DNA of 64,000 nucleotides. Source: Rhynchopus sp. YZ270_cl-10. Lineage: Eukaryota. A model generated the notes under the pieces. The model saw only the letters and a list, made by a program, of their open reading frames with translations, searched no databases and had not been told where the DNA came from. Location of the stretch: the NCBI GenBank assembly GCA_964035575.1, contig OZ037842.1:1736001-1800000 (forward strand), written 5' to 3'. Both the position numbers and the translations under genes were made by a program. Below are positions 12,188 to 22,459 of the stretch, piece after piece. Positions within the stretch are counted from its first letter, which is position 1. The number at the start of each line of letters is the position of its first letter.

Positions 12188-13042
12188 ATGCTTGTGGTTC
12201 CGATTGTGCTGTCGGTTGTGCTGTCCGAGTGCGGATGGGTCGGACCGACGTGTACTGAGGGCCAGTCATGCTGTGCTGATGACATCTACAGTCTTGGGAA
12301 CTGCTACAACAAGTCCGTTGCGACGTGCACAGGCTGTGGTCAGGACACTTCCTTCCCCTGTCCTCTCAGCACCCCACACTGCTGCCTTGAAAACCACCGT
12401 GTAACAATTGAGAACAAAGACATCACATGCTATGGGGAGGGACAGCAGTGCTGTGCAGACAGCGGTAAGGTGGCGAAGACGACTGAGTACTGCATTGGGA
12501 AGTGTGGTATCGCGACCGACCCCTTCACGCAGTGCTGCTACACGAACTCAACTTACAACCACACATACGACAGCAGGACAGACAAATGCACGACCTGTGG
12601 TGTGATTTCCCTGTCCGAACCCAATGTGCAGTGCTGTGGACAAGCTCAGTACAACAACAAGACAGAGACCTGCTGCAGTGTTGGCTCACACACATGGTGT
12701 GCGAACGACCACACCTGTGCGGAGTGTGGGTGCTTGGACAAAGCTGACCCTGACACTGTGTGCTGTGGCACAGGACACAAGTACAACCCGACAATTGGCG
12801 ACACATGTTGTCGTGGTGACCAATCTGGGACGGCAACGTGTAACTCGACACAGGATTGTGTTCACTACAAAATTGAGGGCAACAGCTACCCGCACTGCTG
12901 CCAGAAGGGATGGGTGACATGTGCTTCGGAATATGGCGAAGTTGTGACGTGCATGGACCCGGAAACAAGCATCTGCTGCGGAGGAAAGGTGTGCAGTAAG
13001 ACATTGGGCACCTCGTGCTGTGGCGGGGCGTGCTGCAAGTGA
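12188..13042 (+). CDS. Secreted dicysteine-rich protein, copy 3
   Basis: Intact 284-aa paralogue. Confidence 0.85.
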   Translation: MLVVPIVLSVVLSECGWVGPTCTEGQSCCADDIYSLGNCYNKSVATCTGCGQDTSFPCPLSTPHCCLENHRVTIENKDITCYGEGQQCCADSGKVAKTTEYCIGKCGIATDPFTQCCYTNSTYNHTYDSRTDKCTTCGVISLSEPNVQCCGQAQYNNKTETCCSVGSHTWCANDHTCAECGCLDKADPDTVCCGTGHKYNPTIGDTCCRGDQSGTATCNSTQDCVHYKIEGNSYPHCCQKGWVTCASEYGEVVTCMDPETSICCGGKVCSKTLGTSCCGGACCK

Positions 13043-13588
13043 AACAAGAATGAGTAGTGCGTGTTTATTTTGTTATTTCTGCCTGTGTTTTTTGTCCTTC
13101 TTGAGAGTTACGTAAAACATTTGATAGTGCATACACGTGAAGCATTTTCATCTGCCAACTTTTCTTTTACTGTTTGAAGTCTTTGTTTTTTTCACAAAAC
13201 AGTGTTTTTGTTGAACTTTTGTTTCCTGTCTAAGAGCAGAGGCGGGAACCATGTTTCCCTCCGCTCCTGCTTTGCATGAGGTGTTCAGTGTGGCCGATTT
13301 TGTTAATTTGTTGTTGTGCTGTTAATGGTGCGTCCTGTCGCACCTTGTAATGTTGCACCCGTTTTGCTGTCTTTTGAAATGGTTTTTGTTTGTGATTTCA
13401 TCCGGAACTGGCATTGGCGTATGTGGGTCAGTAGAGGAGGTGCATAAACAACTTCACTTTGTTCCCCAATTCAAAACAAGACATTCTAGTGACAAATGAA
13501 CCCCGCTCCTTTCTTCCGAATCAATAATATGGTTCCCCCACCCCTCCACCACCCCTGTTGAGGTTTCTTCATAAATACACAAAACACG

Positions 13589-14443
13589 ATGCTTGTGGTT
13601 CCGATTGTGCTGTCGGTTGTGCTGTCCGAGTGCGGATGGGATGGACCGACCTGCACCGTTCTCCAGTCATGCTGTGCTGATGACATCTACAGTCTTGGGA
13701 ACTGCTACAGCAAATTGGCTGCCACGTGCACAGGATGTGGTCAGGACACTTCCTTCCCCTGTCCTCTCAGCACCCCACATTGCTGCCTTGAAAATAACCG
13801 TGTAACAATTGAGAACAAAGACATCACATGCTATGGGGAGGGACAGCAGTGCTGTGCAGACAGCGGTAAGGTGGCGAAGACGACTGAGTACTGCATTGGG
13901 AAGTGTGGTATCGCGACCGACCCCTTCACGACGTGCTGTTTAAGGAACTCATCTTACGTGCACACATACGACAGCAGGACAGACAAATGCACGACCTGTG
14001 GTATTGTTTCCTTGTCCGAACCCAATGTGCAGTGCTGTGGACAAGCTCAGTACAACAACAAGACAGAGACCTGCTGCAGCCCAGGGCAGCACAAGTGGTG
14101 TGCGAACGACCACACCTGTGCGGAGTGTGGGTGCTTGGACAAAGCTGACCCTGACACTGTGTGCTGTGGCACAGGACACAAGTACAACCCAACGATTGGC
14201 GACACATGTTGTCATGGTGACCAATCTGCGACAGCAAGGTGTAACTCGACACAGGAGTGTGTTCACTACAAAATTGAGGGTCGCAGCTACCCGCACTGCT
14301 GCCAGAAGGGATGGGTGACATGTGCTTCGGAATATGGCGAAGTTGTGACGTGCATGGACCCGCAAACAAGCATCTGCTGCGGAGGAAAGGTGTGCAGTAA
14401 GACATTGGGCACCTCGTGCTGTGGCGGGGCGTGCTGCAAGTGA
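13589..14443 (+). CDS. Secreted dicysteine-rich protein, copy 4
   Basis: Intact 284-aa paralogue. Confidence 0.85.
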   Translation: MLVVPIVLSVVLSECGWDGPTCTVLQSCCADDIYSLGNCYSKLAATCTGCGQDTSFPCPLSTPHCCLENNRVTIENKDITCYGEGQQCCADSGKVAKTTEYCIGKCGIATDPFTTCCLRNSSYVHTYDSRTDKCTTCGIVSLSEPNVQCCGQAQYNNKTETCCSPGQHKWCANDHTCAECGCLDKADPDTVCCGTGHKYNPTIGDTCCHGDQSATARCNSTQECVHYKIEGRSYPHCCQKGWVTCASEYGEVVTCMDPQTSICCGGKVCSKTLGTSCCGGACCK

Positions 14444-15246
14444 AACAGCAATGCATAGTTCAACGTGAGTACGTTCTCCGGAAGGTGTCGGATTGTTAAT
14501 CTCTTTTATGGTTTCCTTGCTTTGTGAAGGTTCGACACAGAGGATTGCCTTTTATTTATGTCACATTGTGGTTGTGGCTCTTCTTTTTTGTTGTTCTTCG
14601 TTTATTGCAATTTGCGATCAGAAGAACAACACAATAATATGGCTTTCATGCAGAGCATTGCGTGTTGCCTCTGGTTTGTTTATTTTGTTACCCACTGAAC
14701 CTGCAGGCTCGGGAACCATGTTTCCCTTTGCTTGGATTTTCTGCTGCGTCAGTGGACAGAGTGTGTGTTGGGATTGTGTGCATGTTAGAGCACAGCTCTT
14801 TTTTGCATTTGTACGCTATTTTGCATTTTTGAAGCTCAGTATTCGCAGCAGTAGTGGATATTATCGTTGGACAAAGAAGTCGCCATTGAAGCCTATGTGT
14901 AAGACATCTCTCTGTTGTGCCTACATGGCGCACAGGCATGTTCCCAACGAGGCCATTCAAGCACTTTCTCTGTGTTTCTTCGAATGTGTTGTGCACGAGA
15001 CATTTTTATCTTTGAAGTGCTGTTTTGCATTCGTTTACTCAAGGTTTTCCATACCCCACGTTCATTATTTTTTTTTTGGCCCAGTTAAATTTTGCTACAA
15101 AACACACCAACAGGAACACACCACACCACGTACACAGCACACAAACTACCCCGTGTGTTCATCCGTCTTGGGTCTGGGTTGTGTGATAGGTCTTGCTCTG
15201 CTGTTGTTGAGACTGTGAACGGCGACGCTGCTTTTGAAATAATATA

Positions 15247-16755
15247 ATGTTGTGCAGCAATGTTGACACGAACTGCAAGGTGATTGTCGTCGGCAATGGA
15301 GAAGTTGGGAAGTCCTCGATGTTGCACTGGTACTGTAAAGGCGAGTTTACGGAAGATTATAAAAAGACCATAGGTATGTTTACCAAGGACACAAAACACA
15401 CTCGAGTCAGAAACATATCATGTGCCGTCTTGGGCCTACAGCTCACTCCCAGGGAATGATGCCAGATCTTAACATGAAATAGTTTGGTTCGTATTAATTT
15501 TGGTACTTTTACGATTTTGGGGGCATTTGGTAATATTTCCCAACCAAAAGGTGAAGCCTTGGTCCAAGCATGCCAAAAGTACCTTAGTTTTTACCTCGTA
15601 TTTGGACACTGTTCTCCTACTTACTTATGTAGATGCTGGACATGCATAACACAACACAACACAGGTACCGACTACATGATGAAGGAGATCCACCTCGATG
15701 AAACAGACGAACCCATCCAGCTCGACCTCTGGGACACAGCTGGACAGGAGGAGTACGCAGACCTCACAAAGAGCTATTACAGAAATTCCGGTGGCTGTGC
15801 CCTCGCCTTCTCCACTACCGATAGGTATGCCTTTGTGAAAATAATAGCATTATTCATCACACAGTGCTTCTTCCTCCCCATCGGGTCCTTCTTTACTTTT
15901 GGCGTCGCAACGATGTGGTCTGGGTGAGGAAGCGTCCCACACTGTCCAATATCTCCCCCATTTTTCTATTCGCGATTTTTTACCTCCCGTTTATAGGATC
16001 AACAAAGTGAACGTTAATATTTCTGAAGGGTAAAAAGCAAACCGAACTAATAAACCATTAACGTTAAAGAAGTCTTACTGTAGAACAATGGGTGGTTTAA
16101 GCCGCGTCTAACTAACCTCATACAGAAAATCATTTGAAGCCATAGAAAGTTGGAAGCAAAAAGTCGAACGCGTTGTGGACCCTCCACCGGCTATGTGCCT
16201 TGTGCAAACTAAGGTATGCGCACACCACCATCCCCTGTGAGAGTCGCATATTCGTTGCTCTCTTATTGCTGTACGATAAACGATTGTGAGGCTGGTTCAG
16301 CGCGTTTTTGCGCAATTTTTTTCTTCTTGAAACGGCAACACCACAGATTGACTTGATGGACTCAGCAGAGGTAAGCAGTACTGAGGCAGACGCGCTTGCG
16401 CAGCGTTTGGGGCTTCAGTTCATCCGGGTGTCGACGAAGGAGAAGTTCAACGTCGACAAGGTGTTCGAGTACCTGGCGAAGACGTGGCTCGCGATGGGGC
16501 GGGATGCACATGAAGGCGAGGCTGCGGCGGCCATTGAAGCGCCAGGCCGTCCACCACGTGCAGCAGGCAAGGAAGGCTTTGCCGAAGCACCGAAGGTATG
16601 TCAGTACACGCTGTTTCCATGTGTGCACATCACCATGCACAACCATGCAGGTGTCCCTGGCAGCGCACTCAGGAGATAAAGACGACAAAGGCGACAACCC
16701 AAGCAAGTCAAAAGCGCGTGCAAAGAACAAGAAACGCATATGTGCGATTTTGTGA
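15247..16755 (+). CDS. RAB23: Rab23-like small GTPase (5 exons: ~15247-15373, 15665-15824, 16126-16213, 16347-16594, 16651-16755)
   Basis: KVIVVGNGEVGKSSM..YCKGEFTEDYKKTIG, WDTAGQEE, FSTTDRKSFEAI, VQTKIDL, STKEKFNV, C-terminal CaaX CAIL. The YCKG.FT.DYKKTIG and FSTTDR segments are Rab23-specific. Confidence 0.88.
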
Positions 16756-17071
16756 GGCAGTAGTACAAAACAAACAAAACAGACAGCAGAGTGCTGCAGA
16801 TGTGGAGCATCCTTGCACTCTCTCACCCCTCCCATGTCATAAACTATTCAAATTAACACTTTCCCTAGCACCCCTTTTGCACGCCTCGTGGGCGAGATAA
16901 CGATTGTGAAATATGTGTCGCGAGGCACATTAGTTCTATTAAAGGGGGCAGGCTAGCAGGGCAGGGGCCTCCCTGAAACGGGCAACGAGGGGAACACTGT
17001 ATAAATAAAACAAGACATTTCTTGTGAACTCTAACCACGGGTTGTGCCTTAAAGGAATGTTTTTGTTTCTG

Positions 17072-17100
17072 AGATGTGTGCACGAGAAGCACATTCATCT
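17072..17100 (+). promoter_or_regulatory. Best copy of a recurrent intergenic stem-loop (AGATG-TGTGC-loop-GCACA-TT-CATCT)
   Basis: Related copies at ~3541, 8817, 18284, 31011, 39692, 43143 and 47524. A regulatory role is inferred only. Confidence 0.45.
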
Positions 17101-17131
17101 GTTAAGTTTTTTTTTTTTGAGATAAAAGTAA

Positions 17132-17757
17132 CAGGGGTTAAGTTAGCTTTTTTTTTTTCTCGCTGAGTCGGGTTTTCTGGGTTTTTTTCGGTTTTTCTGG
17201 ATTTCGAAAAATAACCCATTCCCTCCGCGAGCGCAGCGAGCGGGAAAATTTTTAAGGTGCACCCCCGGCTCGCGTAGCGAGCGGAAAAAAAATTCTGCAA
17301 TTTTTGGGCAAAGTTCAAAAACCCCACCAAAAAATGGGGGGACCCTGGGGATTTTTGGATTTGTCCTAACAATTTTGGAGCATAAATTTGAAGAACAGGA
17401 CTGGTGTACCCCTCACCAACCTCAGTTCCCACTTCCTGCCTCATCCGCACTCTCGCAACACAAGTACTGAACCCGAAGTTCGCCAGAGATCCCTGTTGCC
17501 TCTTCATATGAACAATTCCCAGTTCTGACGGGGGGTTTGTTTGGGTCGGGAGGATATTATTTTTCTTAGAGGGTGGGGCGGGAGGGGGCTCCGCCCCCAC
17601 CCCTACCCCACCTTCCCAGCCTACACCACCCAAAAATTTGGATTTTTTTAAATTTTTTTTCAGATTCCATTTTTTTTTTTTTTTTTTTTTTTGAAAAACC
17701 CGAAAACCCGAAAACCGGGTTTTGAAAACCCAGAAACCCGCCCTAACTTAACCCCTG
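17132..17757. mobile_element. hAT/P-like MITE, 626 bp
   Basis: Perfect 15-bp TIR CAGGGGTTAAGTTAG / CTAACTTAACCCCTG. 7-bp flanking duplication AAAGTAA. Subterminal (G)GGTTTTC / GAAAACCC repeats. No transposase. Confidence 0.85.
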
Positions 17758-18693
17758 AAAGTAAACATCGCTTACCTTCCCCTCCCTATTGCGAGGCTCT
17801 ATACTGTTACTGGGGGTGTGTTTTTTTTACAACAAAACTTTCCGTTTTTTTTTTAAACTTGATGATCATATCTCCAAAGACGTCGGACTGGAGAAAATGC
17901 AGCATTTGACGTATGCTTTGCGTCAACGGTTGTATTTTTAATCTTGGTGGGCAGTGCCCCACAGAGCCAGTTTAAAGGCAAGGTCACCAAAATAATTTAG
18001 TTTGAAGGGTCCTTGCAAGTCATGTAGACCTTCTGAAGTAGTTCTGCGCGCGCTTTGAAATATATTTTTTTTCTGTTTTCCTAATTCCGAAGTGGAGATT
18101 TTTTTTTTATTGAGATTGTGGCTTTTGAAGCACATTCGCATTGTAAACTTCCTGTTATGCTGTAAACTGGCGGACCAGTCATCGGATCCGGCACAAATTG
18201 CAACCCAGAGAAGATGACCCCTTTTTCTGATAAGTTGTAGGAATAGTGTAGTTGTTACCTATGCAAGTTTCACTTTCCTTTCCAGATGTGCACACGCGAC
18301 ACATCCATCTTTCAAGCCCCCCCTTCTGACTGCTTCTTTTCAGGGTTTATGTGGAAAAAAAACGAGAAAGGGTAAAAAATAAATATAGCGGAGCTCATCC
18401 TCGGGTGTCTATACTAAGATGAAGAAGTTTTCAAATAAAATAAAATAAAATAAAATGAAAAACAACACATTTGCCACCTCGAAAGGTTTCCAACATAAGC
18501 AAGCATCCCCCCTTCGTACCAAGAGCTCCCCCTCTTCCCCGTCCCCCTTCCCGAGAACGAAATAATAAAAGAAACCTCTAAAAAAAAATGCAAAAAAATT
18601 GGACTGAAGACACAAACACTGGCCTTTGCTATTTCCCCCCTTTTTTACCTCCACCCCCACCACCATCACCACTACCTACAGGATTGCAACACA

Positions 18694-19710
18694 ATGCACA
18701 TCCTCCGCCTTCCCACCCTCTGCAACCAGACACGATGGCACAGGCAGGGTCTTTGTGTTGTTGCTGTGAACCTTAGTGGCCGCAGGTTTCAGTCGAACCG
18801 ACCTAAGATCTCTGCGACAGAATTTCTTCGCAGCAAGAGCGAAGTGCAGGGCGGTGCGACTGTACGGTTTAATCCACGCAACCCACTACCTGCTGGGAAC
18901 GATGGGAACGAGTCGCAGACTCCTGCGCCCATCGTGGAGAAGCCCGTACAGAACGTGCCTGCGCCAACGAAGCAGAAGGGATTTAACACAGTTGTCAGTC
19001 GTAACGAGGCAGACGTCCTTCCCAGCCACTCTGAGAAGGCGAACGTGAACCGCTACAAGTCCAAAGGCAGCAGGATCGTGAGCCTCTACCCCAAAGCCAT
19101 CATCCTCGTCTTCATCGCAGACTCCTTCCTCTGGATGGGCATGGGCACCTTCTTCCAGTACTGCGGCTGGATCGACCCCATGCTTGCACGCGACGCAATC
19201 CACGTCTACCCCCTCCACCACTACATCCCCATCCCCTTCCTGAAGGAGCTCTACGTGACAGCAGCGTCGTCCTGGCTGTGGGGATGCGAGTTCATATTGC
19301 CGTACAGACTTCTGTACTCCATGCTTGCGGCACATTTATTGGCCGGGAGAATGACCAAGTTCAAAGACAACTCGCATCTTGACGGTGTTTTTCTTATTTT
19401 CCCCGAAAATTTTGGGTCCAGACATGCGAAATTGGGTGTCGAGTTGGTGGCGGTGTTTTTTGGCACGGTATGTGTTCTGTATTACAGTGGGTTTGGACAT
19501 TGGGTGGTTCACCTGGCGCCAGAGAGCGTGAGGGAGTTGTTAACGAGCTACAATGATATTCTGCGAGGGTGGGTCGGGTGGAATGACTTCCCTTCTGACG
19601 AGCTGTTGACGTGCATCTCGATAGGGGTTCTGTTCGTGGAGCTGTTCACGATGTACCGCGTGAGGCTTGTTAGTGGTTTAGTGCTTACAGCGCGCAATTT
19701 GTTCCGATGA
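18694..19710 (+). CDS. Hypothetical multi-pass membrane protein, possible mitochondrial presequence (FAM210/DUF1279-like, tentative)
   Basis: 338-aa ORF with coding-like codon usage, Arg-rich acid-poor N-terminus, and several hydrophobic segments in two similar halves. Confidence 0.65.
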   Translation: MHILRLPTLCNQTRWHRQGLCVVAVNLSGRRFQSNRPKISATEFLRSKSEVQGGATVRFNPRNPLPAGNDGNESQTPAPIVEKPVQNVPAPTKQKGFNTVVSRNEADVLPSHSEKANVNRYKSKGSRIVSLYPKAIILVFIADSFLWMGMGTFFQYCGWIDPMLARDAIHVYPLHHYIPIPFLKELYVTAASSWLWGCEFILPYRLLYSMLAAHLLAGRMTKFKDNSHLDGVFLIFPENFGSRHAKLGVELVAVFFGTVCVLYYSGFGHWVVHLAPESVRELLTSYNDILRGWVGWNDFPSDELLTCISIGVLFVELFTMYRVRLVSGLVLTARNLFR

Positions 19711-19898
19711 TCGGTTTTTAGCAAACACCCGTCTGATGACGGAACACAAACTATACAACGAGGTTGAGGTTTACAAATAATATGTGTTCTCCCCTCTCCC
19801 AGTTGCCCTTACTCCACAACGCAGTTTTTCCTCTCGTCTATTTCCACAGGAGTCTTTGCTCAAACCACACAACACACCACTTCTTCCTATCCCAAACA

Positions 19899-20987
19899 AT
19901 GGAGCTCTGCGTCACTCTTGACGTACTAGGTGTGTCGAAAGTGTTTGAGGTGGATCCGGAGTGCGGTGTTTCTGACGTGAAGCATCTGGCGTGCGAGGCT
20001 TTTGACTTGCGACACGAGCATGTGGCACTGTGCATTGATGACGGCAATCGGACACCTCTTCCTGACACGGCACGTCTCGGGGAGACGTCTATTGACACGG
20101 ACACCGGGCTGGTCTTGGTGAAAACCTTCCCCGACGTCAAGACGCCGTACCTGTGTGACTATGAGGGGAGCATGTGGTCGAACTGCGTCAGCCCATGTGG
20201 GAAGACTGCCGTTATTGGCACTAAGTCTGGCGTGTCGCTTTTCTGCACAGAGACGTGGGCACAACAGCGCCGTGTCAGCTGCGACGATGGCAACGTCCGC
20301 GCCGTCTTCTTCTCCCCCAGTGGGCAGTGGCTCTACGTGCTGTCCAACTCTGTTGTGCAGAGGTATGCTGTAGACGCAGACTACACCCGCATGTCTACAT
20401 GCACCGTGACTGACGTGGCTGATGTGGAGCCTTGCGGTGACGGTATTGTGTGCGCGACACATGGCACGTTCTATCTGTTGTCCTGGGAGCTGGAAGTGCG
20501 CTCCCAGATTGAGGCACCTGGCTCAACGCTGTTGGCATGCACAGTATGGCTCGGGGAAATTTCTAAGCTGAATCAGCTGTTAATACGGGACAGCAGTGGT
20601 GGCGATGTTGTTCGCACAGTGGATAGTGTCCACCATGCTGTCTTCTCGCGGGACGGAGCGCGGCTTGCAATATTCAGTGAGGGGCGTGTACTCAGTGTCC
20701 AGGACACTGCGTCAGGCGTGGTAGCGTTCAGGATGGAGCTGCACGTAAAGCTGAACCTTCTGTGCTTCTCTCACTGTGGTGAGTATCTCCTCACGCGGAA
20801 CACACAGAGTGCAGTGCTGACCCAACGCGAGGCACTGACGGGCAACGATGTTCGTTCGTTCGAAAAGTGCTACGGTCTTGTCACCACGTCTCCCTGCTCG
20901 CGCTTCGTCTTCTACGAAAACAGCAACGCAAGGGGAATGTTTGTCTACTCAATGTTCCCTGAAAAAGAGGACCCTGTGATCGAGTAG
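19899..20987 (+). CDS. N-terminal ubiquitin-like domain + WD40-like beta-propeller protein
   Basis: EVDPECGVSDVKHLACEAFDL...PLPDTARLGETSIDTDTGLVLV (Ubl-like), followed by repeated VSPCGK / FSPSGQ / FSRDGA / FSHCGE / TSPCSR blade turns. Confidence 0.75.
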   Translation: MELCVTLDVLGVSKVFEVDPECGVSDVKHLACEAFDLRHEHVALCIDDGNRTPLPDTARLGETSIDTDTGLVLVKTFPDVKTPYLCDYEGSMWSNCVSPCGKTAVIGTKSGVSLFCTETWAQQRRVSCDDGNVRAVFFSPSGQWLYVLSNSVVQRYAVDADYTRMSTCTVTDVADVEPCGDGIVCATHGTFYLLSWELEVRSQIEAPGSTLLACTVWLGEISKLNQLLIRDSSGGDVVRTVDSVHHAVFSRDGARLAIFSEGRVLSVQDTASGVVAFRMELHVKLNLLCFSHCGEYLLTRNTQSAVLTQREALTGNDVRSFEKCYGLVTTSPCSRFVFYENSNARGMFVYSMFPEKEDPVIE

Positions 20988-21222
20988 AATGCAGTCCAAA
21001 AAGGGGGTCAGGGCATAACTCTGTCCCGTCTCTGCCTCTCTTTTGGGATACGTCTCCACGCACAACGTTGTCCTTCGTGAATAAGATCCCCTCCCCTCTT
21101 CCCCTCGTTTACTGTGTTCCACACTTCGCCCACCCAAATGCCCCCTGGATACCCTCTCTTCTTTTGAACCCCACCAGGACACATCCATCCTTTCTCCACC
21201 ATCCCTTCTTACATTCTCGATT

Positions 21223-22246
21223 ATGGCAGACCGCAACGAAGATCTTCGACGTGAGTATGTAATTTTTTAGCCGTACAGCTGACACTGTACGATGATCTAT
21301 TGCGAGCAAGGTGATTAAGTGTCAGAGGCACTTTGAGGACAACCGTTGTTGATATTTACTCCTACCCCTTTCTCTTTAATCTCTTCCATTCCCTCCCCCC
21401 TGCAGACTTGACGTTCTTGGTGATGACATGCGGCGTGCGCAGCTAGCCATGCAGACCGCACTGCTAGAGATGCAGCGCATCGAAGACAGACGGCGTGAGA
21501 TCGACGCTTTGATGGCAACGCTTGAAGGGGTGGCGCACCAGGGTGCACAGGCAGACCAGGACATCCTACAACACGAGGTCGTCGAGCTGCGGGCTTCTCT
21601 TGCACACTCCGCCGAGCTGCAGGAACGCGCAGCCATACAATCCGAGCGCGCCGCCCTCGAGAAGGAGCAAGCAGCAAACGCGGTCCGCGCGCAGATGGAA
21701 GGCATGCACCACGAGCTCACTGGGGAACGCATCCGCAACACACTGCTCCACCAGGAGCTGCACAACGTCGGGTACCCTGTTGTTGGCATGGAGCTGTCTG
21801 AGGGCGCACCGTACGACATTGCTGGGGTGTGGGTTGTGTCTGTTGCGCGTGGCGGTGCTGCTGATGCGGCGGGTATCCGCAAGGGCGACGTCATCTCTGA
21901 GGTGGGTGGCATCTGCATCACCACCCGTGAGGCCTTCCGACGCATCATCACCGGTGTCGACGGTGTCCCCACGAAGCCGGGCCACCAGCTCTCCTTCCGC
22001 ATCCACAGGGAAAGCGATGCTGGCCTCAAGCCCATCTCCATGAACGTCATGGTCACTCTCGGGTGGAGTTCACGCAGACCCGAAGGACGCAGGGCAATCA
22101 CCGTCACCCGCACCGACTTGACACCCTCCCGAGGTACCCCGCAAAAGCGTGTCCTCTCCAACTCTCCTTCGCGCGGCAAAGACTCTGTATCAAAGCGGCA
22201 TACCGACAGAAGTGTGAGTCCATCGCGGCAGTCGCGGTTTTTGTAG
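21223..22246 (+). CDS. Coiled-coil + PDZ domain protein (exons 21223-21254, 21406-22246)
   Basis: PVVGMEL...GVWVVSVARGGAADAAGIRKGDVISEVGG is a PDZ signature. Intron 21255-21405 restores the frame (GA|A). Confidence 0.8.
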
Positions 22247-22459
22247 AGAAAAAAGGGGTAATTAGGGGGGAGGTGGAAGGGGGAATGGGGGCGTAGATTA
22301 TTTTGTACATTTTGCCCTTCTTTTGTATTATTTTGTACCAGATAAATAAGAAACTTTTGCAACCCTTTTTGCTACATACCACTGCACTTTTTCACAAACC
22401 CAGTATCACAGAATACCACAAACCCCCACACCATGTGGTCGATCTAAGCAAAGAGGAGA

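Larger units (their letters stand above)
9230..14452 (+). repeat. Tandem gene array, ~1.4-1.5 kb unit (ATG-to-ATG 1497, 1445, 1401 bp)
   Basis: CDS plus ~330 bp of 3' flank are repeated almost identically after copies 1-3. Confidence 0.92.

Noticed and set aside
14493..15218. 241-aa + strand ORF between the array and Rab23
   Set aside because: Non-ATG start, T-rich intergenic composition, overlaps the conserved 3' flank motif; no domain signal.
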